64,000 nt of DNA from Octopus vulgaris (GCA_951406725.2 OX597830.1:49290001-49354000), one strand, 5' to 3'. Positions 30,246 through 44,932 are shown, counted from the first letter of the stretch. Numbers and translations: made by a program. The notes: generated by a model from the letters alone, not told the origin.

Positions 30246-30659
30246 ATTGCCGCCGTCAAAGCCACTCGTAAATTATCGTTAATCACAGACACGCATGACA
30301 AGACACAAACTTGACAAATGTTAAAAAAACAATCCCAAATCCCGCAAAAATCACGCGTGTGCGCGCACACACACATGTGTACACACATATATACATATTA
30401 GGTGAATTAACATAAATGCAAAGTCCAAAGTTTAACGTAGAAACAATATCAACCAAAATCACACGCGCTATCAGAAGCCATGCAGAATGTAATGTATCCG
30501 CAGTTGTCAGTTCAACATGAACAATAATAAAAGAACTCTTGAACACGCGCATCACACACATACATACACATACAAAACGCGCGCACAAAAACACACACAC
30601 ACGTAAATACCTACCTAGCTTTATAGGGATATTGATATTTCCCCCCTTCTCTTTGAATT

Positions 30660-31578
30660 ACTCAAATATGGAGAATGTTGCCTCTCAAAGTATAGAAACG
30701 TTTCTCATGACAGCAGGAGGCGAAATGGAAAAAAGCGCTCGCCCGTATGACAGCGAGGAAGATGCGCTGGAACAGCTGCCACAGGTTCGACCACAAACCT
30801 GTCGGAGAGTGACCGGATGCTTGACAATTTGCTTTTCTGAGCCTGAAAAGTAAGTTGCCACTCGAAAAAGTGTCATAGCATGTGGTATTCTAGATGAGGG
30901 CCTACCAACAGAGAACGGGAGACTTGTCATACCGTCCGGCCTTTTAGCATCCCCTCTGTATCGCTCCACTGGCTCGAGCGGGGAAGAAAAGCCTGCGGCT
31001 TTATGCTCTTGTTAAGGGCAGCATAGGGTGCACAGTAGCTAGCACTCTGACGGCATGACAGTGTGTTAAAGCCGAAAGAATCCACAATGGATGCAGAGCA
31101 GCATTCGTGAGGCTCGCAGATCTGGAGATCAAGCGTCAGGTAAATGCCGATACGCAGGCAGTCGCCATCCAGCTGAGTGCTAGTTGCAAATGATGGCACC
31201 ACATTGAGCCAAGCTCCGCTGTGAGGCTTGGAGGCTGAGCGGAGACATGCCAGACGGTGCTGGTCAAGTCGGTGCACTAACTCGTCCGCGGCCACGCTAC
31301 ATTGGATCGCATCCCATGTCTTTTGAGAGGACTGGACGTCCACAGAGAGTAAAAGAGGATGGAAGTAAGCAGAGTGCAGGCCAAGCTGGCTGCATCTCGC
31401 GTAGGCCGCCTCGCGTTCCCCAATCACCGTTGTTTTAGTTGTATTGTGAAGAGCCCTCTTAATAAGAACACGGCAAGATGACACCGACGAGATAAGAGCC
31501 GGTAAGGCCAGTAAGACCTGGAATTGACAGCGGAGGCCGCCATATTTGATGGGTAAGATGGCCTGTTGAAATTCAGTG
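30660..31578 (-). pseudogene. CRE-clade non-LTR retrotransposon 3' remnant (RT end, Zn knuckle, RLE)
   Basis: Translates to QAILPIKYGGL, SGAWLNVVPS, CEPHECC, RGDAKRPDGMT.LPFS.GR. Confidence 0.85.
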
Positions 31579-31580
31579 TC

Positions 31581-31638
<58 letters not shown>

Positions 31639-31928
31639 TGAATACACAATAAGTATCTTATCATAAGGGCAGTGAGATGAACAACAAACATGCGATAAGT
31701 GCTGAGGAGAAAAAGGTGAATGAGGGGCTTACACCCATTCATAAGATCACAGACAGTGACAACGGATCTTGACAGACTAATCGTTTTACCAACTGAATAG
31801 TAATCGGTTGGTAATGAAGCTGAAAAGAAACATAACTAGTGTTTGTATAAAGATTGTATGATCCTCTGATCCTCTCAAAATATAACAGACACACACACGC
31901 ACGCGTGTCTGTACATACATACATACAT

Positions 31929-31975
<47 letters not shown>

Positions 31976-32203
31976 TATATATATATATATATATATATGC
32001 ATATATTGCAGACTAGAAAGTAAATTTCGAACGCAGTAAAGCTGCCAGCATTGTGGACGAAGTTAAGTTATTTACCTTTATAAAATGGAATCTCTCTACC
32101 GTCTTACAATTTTGATGGGTTAGAAGTTTACTTTCATATTTGTAAAATACCAACCACATTTGACGTTTCCAAACTTTGTATAATATCTATAATATATGTA
32201 TAT

Positions 32204-32269
<66 letters not shown>

Positions 32270-32270
<1 letters not shown>

Positions 32271-32446
32271 CCGCGTGTATATCGTTGGCGATTTGTTTCC
32301 TCCGTCTTCCCTTCCTTGGATCTTTCTGACGAAGAGCTCCGCTCGAAACGTTAAACCCTCCTTCTTTCTTTCCTTTCCTGAGCGTCCAATAACACTATAC
32401 TTGTTCCACGTCCTCGCGTTGTTGTGTTTTCTCTTTGTGTTTGGAA

Positions 32447-32451
<5 letters not shown>
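32270..32451 (+). mobile_element. Short PLE-like element with HHR, inserted in (TA)n
   Basis: Flanked by (TA)n on both sides, carries an HHR motif and has the same layout as 3208-3398. Confidence 0.7.
32322..32356 (+). ncRNA. Minimal type I hammerhead motif
   Basis: uuu-CUGACGA-a-gagc ucc gcuc-GAAAC-GUU-aaa. Stem III is a loopless palindrome (AACGUU) and stem I is weak. Confidence 0.6.
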
Positions 32452-32503
<52 letters not shown>

Positions 32504-33169
32504 CACACACAAGAATATACACACACACAAGCAAGTATAACGATAGATAGAATTTAGAACTGGCAAAGCTAAACATTCGTTACTTCTATAATACTCGACT
32601 TAGTGTTTTTTCTATAGAATGTTCATTCTTGTTCTGAATTATTTATTATTTATAATGGAGAGATCAATATTTATATAATATGAATACAGGACATAAATTA
32701 CGGTTGTGTTGCTAATGAAGTGTAATTAATTCTATTCATTATAACCTTGGTCTCTAATAATTGTTCATTGTGTTGTCAAAGTATAAATAATTATATAAAA
32801 TACATCCACAGAATATATAAGAAATGATGATACAAATCGAATCTAATGAAACATATACGAATGAAAAGTCTTCCAAATAGATCTGACGGTGATTAATATT
32901 TTACAATTTATTATCGTTATTAGCTGAGAAGTATCTAGACAGTCTTACGTCACATTTACGATAGCGAAATATAAATTAATAATAATTGATTGAGACATGT
33001 CTTTGAAATAACTTCTTAGAGACATGGTCTAAGAGTTTATAACCAGAAAAGGAAGACATTCGCATCTGAATTTGTTTGTTGTTGCTTGACTGAGTTTGAA
33101 ATGAAGACGTTACGAACATCCGTTTGAAGCGATGATATTCTCGTCTTTATCGTTTATTGTTTGTTTTAT

Positions 33170-33607
33170 CTGTTACTTGTTTCAGTCATTAGACTGCGGC
33201 CATGTTGGAGCATTGCTTTGAATAATTTTAGTGGAATGCATCGACCTAACTATTTATTTTTTTGTCTACCGTTCTCTGTTGCTGAACCTCTAGGTTTCGG
33301 GGACGTAACCTCATCAACACCGACAGACTGACACACACACACAGACAGACTGACACACACACACAGACAGACTGACACACCGACACACAGACAGACTGAC
33401 ACACACACACACAAACACATACGCACGCACACACACATACATACACACATATATACGTCGGGCTTTTTTCAGTTTTCGTCTAACAAATCCACCGACAATG
33501 TTTTGGTTGTCCCGAGTAGAAGGCACTTGCCTAAGGTGCCACTTGGTGGTACTGAACCCGGAACCATGTAGTTGGGAATCAAGCCTCTTACCATACAACC
33601 ACACCTA
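33170..33607 (-). mobile_element. SINE family B, full length
   Basis: Reverse-complement homolog of 44933-45352 with an internal (CA)/(CAGA) array. Confidence 0.85.
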
Positions 33608-35026
33608 TATATAATAACTTTTAAAATATAATCCGATGCCATTGGAATATTGCTAAACTATCGCTGGCTGAGAGATTCTTGATTCGATTTACTTATAAAA
33701 CACGTGAACGTTAATATAAAAAATAATAAGAATAATATTTGTTTATCTTAGCTTATTTCCCTATAACTGAAACGGCATGGCTAAATAGAGAAAGGATTTG
33801 AATTCTAACCCTTTAGGCCATTTATTCAAATCTAATGCAATCGTTTTGTTTTCAGACTGGACACAAAGCTTATCTCTGATTATCAGTTTATAGATATCGA
33901 GAATAAATATCGACAGTTTGAGACCTTGAAAAGAAGCTAAAGGATTAAAGAAAAAACCTTTCGAAGTGTATTACTGATAGAAATTCAGAAGAAAGATTCA
34001 TGAATCGCTCGTTGATTACATGTCAATAACCGGGGTATATATATAATATATATATATATACATATAATACAGATGCATTTATGTATATCTTCAATATAAA
34101 GGAAGATATGTTATTTCGTGTCGTTGTATCTGATATGAATGTTTTATACCATATTACGTACATTTTGTATGTCATATTTGTATGTCATAGCCGTTATATC
34201 ACTTATGATATATTATAATGTGTAGCATATACGGTTTACCGGTAACAATGCAAACATTTACGACAATACATAGATATTTAATCGATTATTTTATTTACCG
34301 TAGATGATGTCATATTTGGCAGACTGTTAGGAACAACGGATTTTAGATTTCAAAAGAAAATATCAAGTCTATAAGATGACTAAAAGAAAAGATAGTAAGA
34401 AATAAACAAAAGTAAATCAACAAACCAATATAAAAAGAGCAAAAATCACGAGAAAATATCAATTTTCTCTACTGTGTATATTCAATGAAGAAATATCAAA
34501 CAAATTCTATTAGAAGCTGTTCACTCGTTGTAAGAACGTTAGTTTGTTATGAAGAAGATGCTAACTTAAATGTCAGATTTCTGTGATTGTATATTTCCTG
34601 CCAGCGTAATTCAATAACAATTAATAAATCAGAACTCACCTCAAAGTTTAGATATAACTGCGGAATCAATACGTCGATGTAATAATCACATCACAGAGGA
34701 CATTGAAATAGAATCGTAAGTTGATGCTTTCGTCAATGTAGCAACAGACCTGGCAGAAAAGAAACGAGGAAAGACGTAATAAGTATTGATATTTACAACT
34801 GACATATTTAATTCGTGATTCGCAAAGACCTAAATGAATATTATTACACGTAATTGATACAAGATAAGAGAAAAATATAGTGTTTAAAAGAAAGTTTGTT
34901 TTTTCTAAAATCTACAAATGTTAAGCATAATGATGCGCTGTAAGTTTCGCGTTTTCATTCAGTAGGCTTATAGCATGCATGCAGCGTGCATGCATGTTGT
35001 GCCATAGTTTTTCCCGAAGCCTGCCA

Positions 35027-35225
35027 GAGAGGGGGTGCTGAAAAGTTCCTGGCTTTGGGTAAAAGAAAATATAAGAAGACCAGTTAATCATGATTTTATT
35101 CAACATATTCCCCTCTCAGATTCACGCACTCACTGCAGCGGTCCTTCAATATTTTAAGACCCGTGAAAGAACTCAGAAACTTCAACCAAGCCTTTCGCGA
35201 TACTCTTCAAGACAGGTATTTTTCA
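35027..35225 (-). mobile_element. Mariner 3' end with TIR
   Basis: TIR-like gagggggtgctgaaaagttcctggct; minus strand translates to R...CVNLRGEYVE*. Confidence 0.7.
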
Positions 35226-35239
35226 GTATCTCCTCGTAC

Positions 35240-35790
35240 TGTTCTCATCCATCTTTCTCTCACTTCATTTTGATATGATATTCGAAAAGATCTTGTAGAT
35301 GTCTGACAGTCGACTGATTTGTCTAAAATTCTTTTGCAGCTCCCATTTTTATAAACAAGGATCAGTTTGGATTTTTTTCACATATTCAGGTAGGCATAGG
35401 TTTTTGTTTCCTTTACAACATTTCTAAATTCTGCCTTTAAAATGTATGTAATTCTTTCCTTTGAATTTACTGTTTGGGAAACTTCCTTGTTTGATTGATA
35501 TAGATTCTTATAGAATTATCATTTTTTTTCTATTTGTACACTCTCTGTGAGTTATTTTACCATGTTTGTCATTTAGACATTTGATTGTATTACGTCCCAT
35601 AATTATTTTTTGTTTAGTTTTTAAAGACTTTTCTTGTTTTAAAGAATTTGTTGTTTTCAATGGTTTCATTAATCCTCTTTTATTTTCTCTGAGTCTTTTC
35701 CTTATTCTTTTACATAATTCAGTACATTAAATCCGCCGTGTAAATGACTGTTGTTCCAGTTTTCTTGGGATATTAATGAGATTGATAATA
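35240..35790 (-). mobile_element. Inverted upstream segment of RTE-type LINE
   Basis: Minus strand translates to KLILVYKK...NFRQISRLSDIYKIFS, an N-terminal RT motif. Confidence 0.6.
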
Positions 35791-35799
35791 TCTCTCGGT

Positions 35800-37130
35800 A
35801 ATGTTTTGTTTTCCAGCAAACTATAAACAACAAAGCGATTGACAACAAAATCGGTAAACGCGTCAAACAAGGAGACACCTTATCACCCAAATTATTCACA
35901 TCTGCATTAGAAATGGTTTTTAAAAACTTATATTGGTAAGATAAAGGAGTAAGTATAAATAGATGCATTCTAAATCATCTCAAATTCGCTGATGATATTG
36001 TACTCATTTTCAGGAGAATTAAAGTATCAACAGGAATGGTCAGAAAACTAAAAGAAGAAAGCAACAAATGTGGACTCAGAATTAATATCAATAGAACGAA
36101 GATAATTTCCAACCACCTAAATGCAGTAATAAATTATGAAATAAATTGAAAATGTGAGCCGATAGACTAATCTAGGATAAATAACCTGCTTAAAGGATAA
36201 AAATCAGACCAAAAAAATTGAACGACGAATACAATTAGAATGGGAATCGTTTGGTAAATTGAATCACATCATGGGCATGTATCTAAATACAAAGACCTTA
36301 GACCTTCTGCTATTGTATGCTATCTAGCATTATGTAAGCATCAGAAACAAGGACTATGAACAAGAGTATCGAAAATAGATTAAGAACTGTGGAAAGGAGA
36401 ATGCTGAAAATTAACAAAACAGATAAGAGGAGGAACAAAACAGATAAGAGTGGCAACAAATTCAAGTGACATTACCTGGGAAATAAAATCTAAAATGGTC
36501 TTTCGAGGGACATGAGTTTAGAAGAAGGGACAATATAGTAGTATATAGGTGCACTCCGTCGGTTACGACGATGAGGGTCCCAGCTGATACGATCAACGGA
36601 ACAGCTTGCTCGTGGAATTAACGTGCAAGTGGCTGAGCATTCCACAGACACGTGTACCCTTAACGTAGTTTTCGAGGAGATTCAGCGTGACACAGAGTGT
36701 GACAAGGCTGGCCCTTTGAAATACAGGTACAACAGAAACAGGAAGTAAGGGTGAGAGAAAGTTGTGGTGAAAGAGTACAGCAGGGATCACCACCATCCCC
36801 TGCCGGAGCCTCGTGGAGCTTTTAGGTGTTTTCGCTCAATAAACACTCACAATGCCCGGTCTGGGAATCGTAACCACGATCCTACGACCGCGAGTCCGCT
36901 TCTCTAACCACTGGGCCATTGCGCCTCCGGCACAATATATGCAATACCAAATTGACAGAGCTGACACGATGTTCCGAAAAAAAAGGAGGAGAAGACCGTG
37001 TAGAATTAGGAATAAAGACTGTTAAATTCTTCGGCACCCAAACATAGACGAGGGAAAACACCAGTCCATGATTGGTGGAGCGACCATGCTGAGATATTCG
37101 TCCATCTAGGGACTGAACATGTATTTAACA
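35800..37130 (+). pseudogene. RTE-clade LINE RT remnant, interrupted by a SINE
   Basis: Translates to VKQGDTLSPKLFTSALE...GVSIN..LNHLKFADDIVL, GLRININRTK and RRIQLEWESFGKL. Confidence 0.88.
36545..36929 (-). mobile_element. tRNA-headed SINE family D (tail Y), with 8-bp TSD
   Basis: Head ggaggcgcaatggcccagtggttag...ggttacgattccc. TSD acaatata at 36530-36537 and 36932-36939. Confidence 0.88.
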
Positions 37131-37161
37131 GAATATTTAACACACGCTATCAAAAGGATAA

Positions 37162-37548
37162 TCTTTATATATAAAAGTGAAGTTGAGGGAGTGTCTGTCT
37201 CCTACGATTTAGATTCCTAACTACTCCCACATTTTGCGGTGCCAAAAGCGGGTATCTTATAGTCGTGATTCATATCAAGCCCTTCTGGGTAATAGCGCGC
37301 GTCTACGATGAGTCTACGATTTTAAAAATAATTTACCATCATTTGTTTCCATTTTAAGGCATATTTTTTAAATATAAGGGAAGTAACTCTCTAAAAATGT
37401 CTACGATGAGTCAACGATTTAAAAAAAAATTACCATAATTTTTTTTCCATTTTTAATGCATTTTTTGCTATTTTTTGGCTATAACTCTCTAAAAATGCTT
37501 TATAGTTATTTCCCTTACAAACCGAGCAACGCCGGGCGATACTGCTAG
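37162..37548 (+). mobile_element. Non-autonomous Helitron
   Basis: 5' end A|TCtttatatataaaag; 3' GC-rich hairpin ccgagcaacgccgggc then CTAG|T. It has an internal tandem repeat and no TSD. Confidence 0.85.
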
Positions 37549-38075
37549 TATTTAATAAAGGATATAGGTAAATTATCAAGTGAGATGATAATTGAAATTC
37601 TACAGAAATATATTTGAATCGATCCACACACTTACATCATTTACATAACTTCCCCTAACATGAGGCTTGTATTTATTTGTATTAATTACTTGTACAGTTA
37701 TTTATACATAAAACTACAGCATGGACTTAGTTAAATGATAGAAAACCATATGCATTTGCTACCATCCTGATTATAGGGAGCTTCAAATAGTTTCTAAATA
37801 AAATTATAATTATTTCGAAAAGGAAATATAATAATATTATTGACAATTTCTCTGAAATTGGACAAAGCACATAACATTCTGAATTTCAATTCACAAAATC
37901 TAAATGGTGAACGCTATGTTGTGAGTCTAATATTCAGTAGTCATGGTAACAAGTGCAATCATGTTTCGTTATTATTATGTCTCCTCAGCGAGCCACACTC
38001 AACTCAAAGATACGAGACTACTACAGATATGACACGAAGTGTTAAGAAACCATAAAATAAAAGTAATAAAAGTTC

Positions 38076-38135
<60 letters not shown>

Positions 38136-38650
38136 GTGTATGTGTGTGTGTGTACGTGTGAATATACATATTTAGATACTCGTTGTATTGCAGCGTAAAT
38201 TTGAAGACGTATATCTACATTTTGCACATGCATATCTGTGTCCACATACACACACATATTTGTGCATGTATCTCTCCATACGTAGGTATACGTGTGCATG
38301 TATGTATGCACATGGATCCGTAACGAAATACACTTCTTACAGTGTGAAGAAAAGCAAACCCAGAAAAATAAGTTGTGTGGAGAAATGGTTTAATATGGCG
38401 CCTACAAAAAAGAAGCTACATAGATTTGTCAGTGGTGAGATTTGACAAATAATAACAGCAACAATATAATTGGATTAGAGTTTAAAAGGAAATAGGTTCG
38501 TTGTATTGATTAAATCAAATTCTGAAGCGAAGTCGCATCCGAAAGTATACATATCCTACACTTCTACTGCATCTTCGGTGCACATAGAACAATATTTCAC
38601 TGAATAATTAACACCGAATTCGATTATGACACTTCTGTGTGACGTTGGCT

Positions 38651-38691
<41 letters not shown>

Positions 38692-38703
38692 ACACACACA
38701 CAC

Positions 38704-38734
<31 letters not shown>

Positions 38735-38750
38735 TACACACAGACACACA

Positions 38751-38794
<44 letters not shown>

Positions 38795-39055
38795 CGTATG
38801 ACTGCGTGTATGTACGTAAGTATTTATCTATGAATACACATACATGCGCACATCATGCACGTGCAATATGAGTATGCTCGTGTTTGTGTGTATGTATCTG
38901 TGTGTATGTGTGTGTGTGTGTGTGTGCGTGCTTAAATCTTCTCTAAATATTCCTACGTTTGGTTTCCAATATAACAGTTACAACTTTAGCAACCTGATTT
39001 TTGACTTTGGGTTGCATGATGTTGCTTGCGGCGAAACCCTTAAGTGTCGTCAGCT

Positions 39056-39103
<48 letters not shown>

Positions 39104-41131
39104 AGCTGACGTACCCGGTAATACCTGGGAAAGCAAGGCTTATACCTTGCTTCAGTTCTCATAATTGTTTCGCTAATCCAATAACAACAATACAAAGTAT
39201 GTAGCCCTTAAAACGATTTTTGTGCATTTTCTGAGAATATCGAACTGTCTTACACAGGGTCTCATCTTTAGGAATTGCCAATAAGTTATGAATACCCAAT
39301 TTGTGAAGTCAGTTATGTTATAAACATGAAATTATACGTGAAGATTTCCAGGAATCCTAATAATTTTGACAGTTAACGGGAGACTAAGATTGCTGAAAAC
39401 GTAGGAATTATTCAGTCTTTGTAATATCTATACGCAACGAGGAACTATACGGCAGTGATTTTGTATGTTGTTTGTGATGTGACCGTATTTTCTGTGGCTG
39501 ACACTGACTAAAATAAAATAGGTGACAAGAAGAGATGATCAGGTTAATCTAGTCAAACGATTCTTACTATTCGTGTTTGTGTTATCCAAACGTAACTGAG
39601 CATGCCTATGCTGAAAATATGAGAACTGTCACGGTCTTTTACAGGCAATGTTTAGCTGGGATTACATCATCCTGACTGAGTTTTTTTTTTAGAGATAGAT
39701 GTGATTTTAGAGGAATATTGCCACTATTACTAGCAGGTTCAGTGACCATACAGGCATTATCATTGTTTGGTAGAATTGCTTATATAATGAACCAGTAATT
39801 ATTTATACAATAATGAACTATTTGCACAATAATTAATTATTTATATAATTATTTATAAAACAACCCCCCGCATGGCCCTCTGTTAAGTGAAAGAAACGCC
39901 ATACTTACAGATGCTGAAATAAAGCTGGCTACAAAGAGGTCAGTTCCCATTGTAATAATATAATTAATGTTAATGAATAAAATATTCAAATAAGGAAATC
40001 GATCCAAGGAAATGAATCCATTTTCATTTGATGTCACGTTTTATGGGAAAGGATAAACAGCGTTTAATTTTGAATGCCTCAGCTCCTCAAGCAATTGGAT
40101 ATATCCATTGATGGTCAACATTATTTCGACCATCATTGACAGCACATAGTAACATAAACTCTTTAGTCATTACAATTCTTATCCTTTCATCAGAATGAAT
40201 AGATCTAGCATTACATAAACTGATCTATCTTTTCAGAATGATTATGTGGTGTTATTTATAGCAGATCGAGTTACTGAAGAGAGTATTTGCTCATCAAAAT
40301 ATTTGTCTGATGTATTGTTGTGTAGATGGATTTTCTTGTGGTGCAGGGGATGATTAAACTCCTTATACATCCGTTCAGTGCATTCAGCCATAATATTAAT
40401 TTTAAGGATCTTCGGCGATCACAAGCATTTATCGTTCAGCATTAGTTCCCGATAACCCAGTAACCGATGATATAATCGATGACACCGTTATAAAAGGAAA
40501 GATCGAAGTCATCAATGTGCTTTTATTTCCCTTTCATCTTCACAGCACGTGTCTATTCGGTCCCACTGTACTCTAATATTTCACGAAAATTAACCAATCA
40601 TAAAATAAAATAAATATACAAAGAAAGATTTGCACTCTCTTAACAGAGGTGTTTCTAATTTGTCAAAGATATTGGAACAAATCCAAGAATTTATTGCCAA
40701 AATAGAAACCAGCTGTGTCTGTCGAACTATAAACGGTTACACTTACAGCATCAACCTATCATCATATCTGATAGGTAGACGATAGTTAATAATACATCAC
40801 ATAGAGTTCTATTTAAATTACATTTACAACACGGTAGTCATATAATCAGGCGTATTTATGTAAATTTATGTTTGTGCGTGTCTGTGTGTGAGTGAATGTG
40901 TAAAGATGGGCGCGTGTATATATGTGTTTGTATAGCTAGGTCTGTGAATGTCTATGGGAAGAAATAGTATGGAAACCAAATGTCACGTTGGCCACCCACT
41001 CTACGATTTTGTTCCAAGATATCTAAAAATGAAATACTATAATCCATCGCAATGAATGTGCGTGTGTACGTGTGTGTGCTAATGTGTGAGCTGCAATGAT
41101 ATTACTGTGTAACGATATATGTTTATACACA

Positions 41132-41201
<70 letters not shown>

Positions 41202-41591
41202 CTGTGTCTGTGTCTGTGTGTATGAGAGCGTGTTTACCAATTTCAGATGTTCTCAGAGTCTCAATCAAACGGCTTCTCAAGAGCTACTGACCATATCACA
41301 GAGCTGCCCTTAAACTATCTTACTCTATTCTGCAGCTTATTTTGGTTCTTATTTTGACAGAATTTGTATGATTTCACTTTTTGATGTGTATACATAAATA
41401 CATACACACGAACTCACATATATGTGCGCAAATGATATAATCATCTTTTACGTGTGTGTGTGTGTGTGTGTGTATGCATGTGTTTATATGTATATATATG
41501 TGTGTCTATATATGCATATACAATTGTGTGTATATATATATATGTATATGTATGTATTTATACATATTCATATATGCATACACACACACAC

Positions 41592-41622
<31 letters not shown>

Positions 41623-41651
41623 TATATATACATATATATATATATATATGT

Positions 41652-41691
<40 letters not shown>

Positions 41692-41986
41692 TCATGCACA
41701 CCTAGGTCCACTTTTACAAGTAGGAGTAAATGAACGAAATACGTAAATCAGCATCCACAAATAAACTATCATAGTAATGAATCTAAGGCGTTAAGTTTCG
41801 TTCCAATGAACCAGGCATTGTACTTGCTATGTCCAGTAGCTCCAAATCATGATATTTACTGCGTGAACTTCTTAGAACCAAGGATAGACGGTTATCTAAT
41901 ATACCTTTTCAATATCACTATATAGGTTTTACTTCATATTTAGCAGTGAAAAAGTGTTGCTTTTATGAAGTATCTTTTCGATATAC

Positions 41987-42087
<101 letters not shown>

Positions 42088-42094
42088 CATACAA

Positions 42095-42155
<61 letters not shown>

Positions 42156-43136
42156 TATATATATGATTAAAGAAACAATATATATGTATTTATGTGCTAA
42201 GAATATGCCATACAGTATCTTTTAACACGCCTGCGGTACTAGCAAAATCATAAGTCACCTTCCATATGGATTAAGAAACTAAAAATGGGACGATAGGACG
42301 AGCGAAAAGGCGAAGAAAGACGAGAAGGAAATAGATATGGCGGCAGGAATGAAAAAAGAAATGAAAAATGAAAGAAAAATGAAAAAGAAATCAGAAAGAA
42401 GGAAAATGAGGGAATTAGAGTTATTTCCCCTATGACCGTAGAATATAAGACTGCAAAGATAGTGGATTCGAGTGTGTGGCACAGTGACTCAATGAGTTAT
42501 TCCAGTTCGCCAACAGGAACTTAGCCATTTTTTTTAAAACTTTGAAAATTTCGGATTTAGAATTCAGCAATGAGTTAGCGTCCTTAGATCTGAAAAGTAT
42601 CTAAGTTCTTTCAGCTTTGCATAGCTTACATTTTTTTGTTCTGTTAACATTTGGTGTACATTTTTCGACTATTTTCCCCTTTATCGTATGTGGTGTGGCG
42701 TTCGATTTCAAACCTCATCCATGGCTAGCCAAATTAGTAGCTTTACTTTTGTCCCCGAAGGACGATATGTGATTAGTATTGCCAGATATAGTTCTTCTTA
42801 TGTTGTTATCTAGCATAGCTCTTCTTGTATTATTATCTAGTGTTGCTGTAACTTCTGCTTCATTTATGACGGATTAATCATACATCGCTGACCAAGTGAA
42901 CTGGTTCCTGGGTCTCGATAGTTACAACTGGGTGTAGGTTCTTGGTGTTGGCATCATGTAACGATACTCTTCGTACTGGAGCAGCAGCTAAAGGATAATT
43001 ACACTGAGCGCCTGTTAAATGTTTATCTGTACCTATGATTTTCTGGAAAATGGTTGTCTTCGGGAGAAAGGAATCTTTTACTTATGTTAGATTTTACGTT
43101 AAGTGAAAAGGGAGGGGCGAACAAAGCTATCTTCCT

Positions 43137-43190
43137 ATGTCTATTATTAGGTCTATTATTATGATTGTTATTATTATTATTATTATTATG

Positions 43191-43270
<80 letters not shown>

Positions 43271-43280
43271 CATTGTGATT
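43137..43280. repeat. (TTA)n microsatellite
   Basis: Directly visible. Confidence 0.95.
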
Positions 43281-43455
43281 AATATTACAGGGGTATATAT
43301 TAATTTATCCTTAAATCACTTTTGGACAGAACATTGTTGTCGTATGGGGCTGCCTTTCGAAAAGAGAGGTCAGAAACTCTGTACTCGGTGGAGCAGTGCA
43401 CAGCCCACTGTGGAATCAACAACCAGTGCAGGTTGGAGTGTCCAAGTGGCATGTG

Positions 43456-43502
<47 letters not shown>

Positions 43503-43836
43503 ATGTTCAATGTATTCAGTTTTCATTAACGATTTTAAATACGGGAGGTGAATCTTTAACGGGAAAGGCAACTCTTTTCGCGTTGCTCAAATCTACACGG
43601 CTGAAAATGAGTACAAACCGAATGTGGATACACTCATTTCCATCTCTCAAATCCTCGATGCTCTATCGAGTCAATGGTGGGAGGGACAGGCGAAACTATG
43701 TGCTTATATCACGAATTCTCAGTGGCGTGAAACTCAATCAATTAGTAACAGAAAGAATAATTTTCAATAAACCTATATACACTGCAATATGTATGTACTG
43801 AGCACTCCTCTCTACTTCAATTCAAAGCAGTTAAAC

Positions 43837-43867
<31 letters not shown>

Positions 43868-43872
<5 letters not shown>

Positions 43873-44124
43873 AAATATAATAAAATATTAGGGAATAAAT
43901 CCAAACTTACAGGGAAAAATCAGATTTAGGATTAAATCCAATTTTATAGTAAAATATATTATATTATATTATATTAAATTAGAGATAAAACCACTATTAG
44001 GCAAATCAAACAATGAAAAACATAAGCCAATACATAAAATTAATTAATTTATATTATTTTAAATATATATCAAAAGTATTAAAAGTTTAATAAAAGATAA
44101 AGAGTAAAACACTACGATCGTTTC
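43868..44124 (-). mobile_element. AT-rich PLE-like 3' fragment beginning at the HHR GAAAC
   Basis: Minus strand begins GAAAC-gatc-GTA-gtg (palindromic stem III) and is flanked by (TA)n on both sides. Confidence 0.5.
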
Positions 44125-44151
44125 ATATATATACATACATATATACATATT

Positions 44152-44900
44152 TACAGGGCTCGTTCAAAATAACGGAAACACCTTGTTATATGGGTGTTTT
44201 ATTATTTAATATTATTTAATATTATTTGGCATCAGTCGTAGATTTAATACGCATAGGGGTTGAATCGTACAGCTTCCAGATGGCTAGATGGAAATTTGAA
44301 ACCATTCTTCTTGTAAAACCAGCGACGATGGTGGAGGGAAGCAACTCCACACGTGGAGGTACAATATTTGTATCTTAGAATGGACAATATAAACCAAAAT
44401 ACTCAGATAATCGGTAACGATAATTCGTATTGTTATCACTGTTACGAAGAAAAACTGCAGTGATAAAACATTCTATAATATCACTGCCCAAATCATTACA
44501 GAGCCACCTCCATACTTCATGGGAGGCGACAAGCAGACAGAGCTGAAGGTTTCTTTCGCGTGTTTCAAGAAGTGAACTTAGTCTGAAGTGCGAAAAAGCG
44601 TAACTGATAATTCACCAGAGATGAATATTCCATTGAGCCATTGACTAGTTTTTCCCCGCTTATCAATTTTGATGTGGGACAGGAAAAGGTTACCAATTGA
44701 AGCTCCCTTATGGAATCCAGCTCATGACAAAGGGTTTAGGCAGGCAAAATGGTAAATGTAGCTTTGCTGTCTCTTTTGCTGCTGTAACTCGATGTCTTTT
44801 TGAGACATGGTAGCATATTTCAATATTTTGTGGATCCTCTCTGTGAGCTGTGTATCCCGTCAGAATACCCAAAGCTGTTTCACCTTTTAAAGGCTGTATC
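44152..44900 (-). mobile_element. Decayed Tc1-like transposon
   Basis: TIR-like TAcagggctcgttcaaaataacggaaacacc; minus strand translates to MKYGGGSVMIWAVI. Confidence 0.65.
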
Positions 44901-44932
44901 TCTCGAAATATAAAATAATTCAACAGTATATA

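Noticed and set aside
39102-39135. Helitron-like 3' hairpin on the minus strand (also actag at about 42238)
   Set aside because: The terminus is imperfect and no matching 5' TC end was found.
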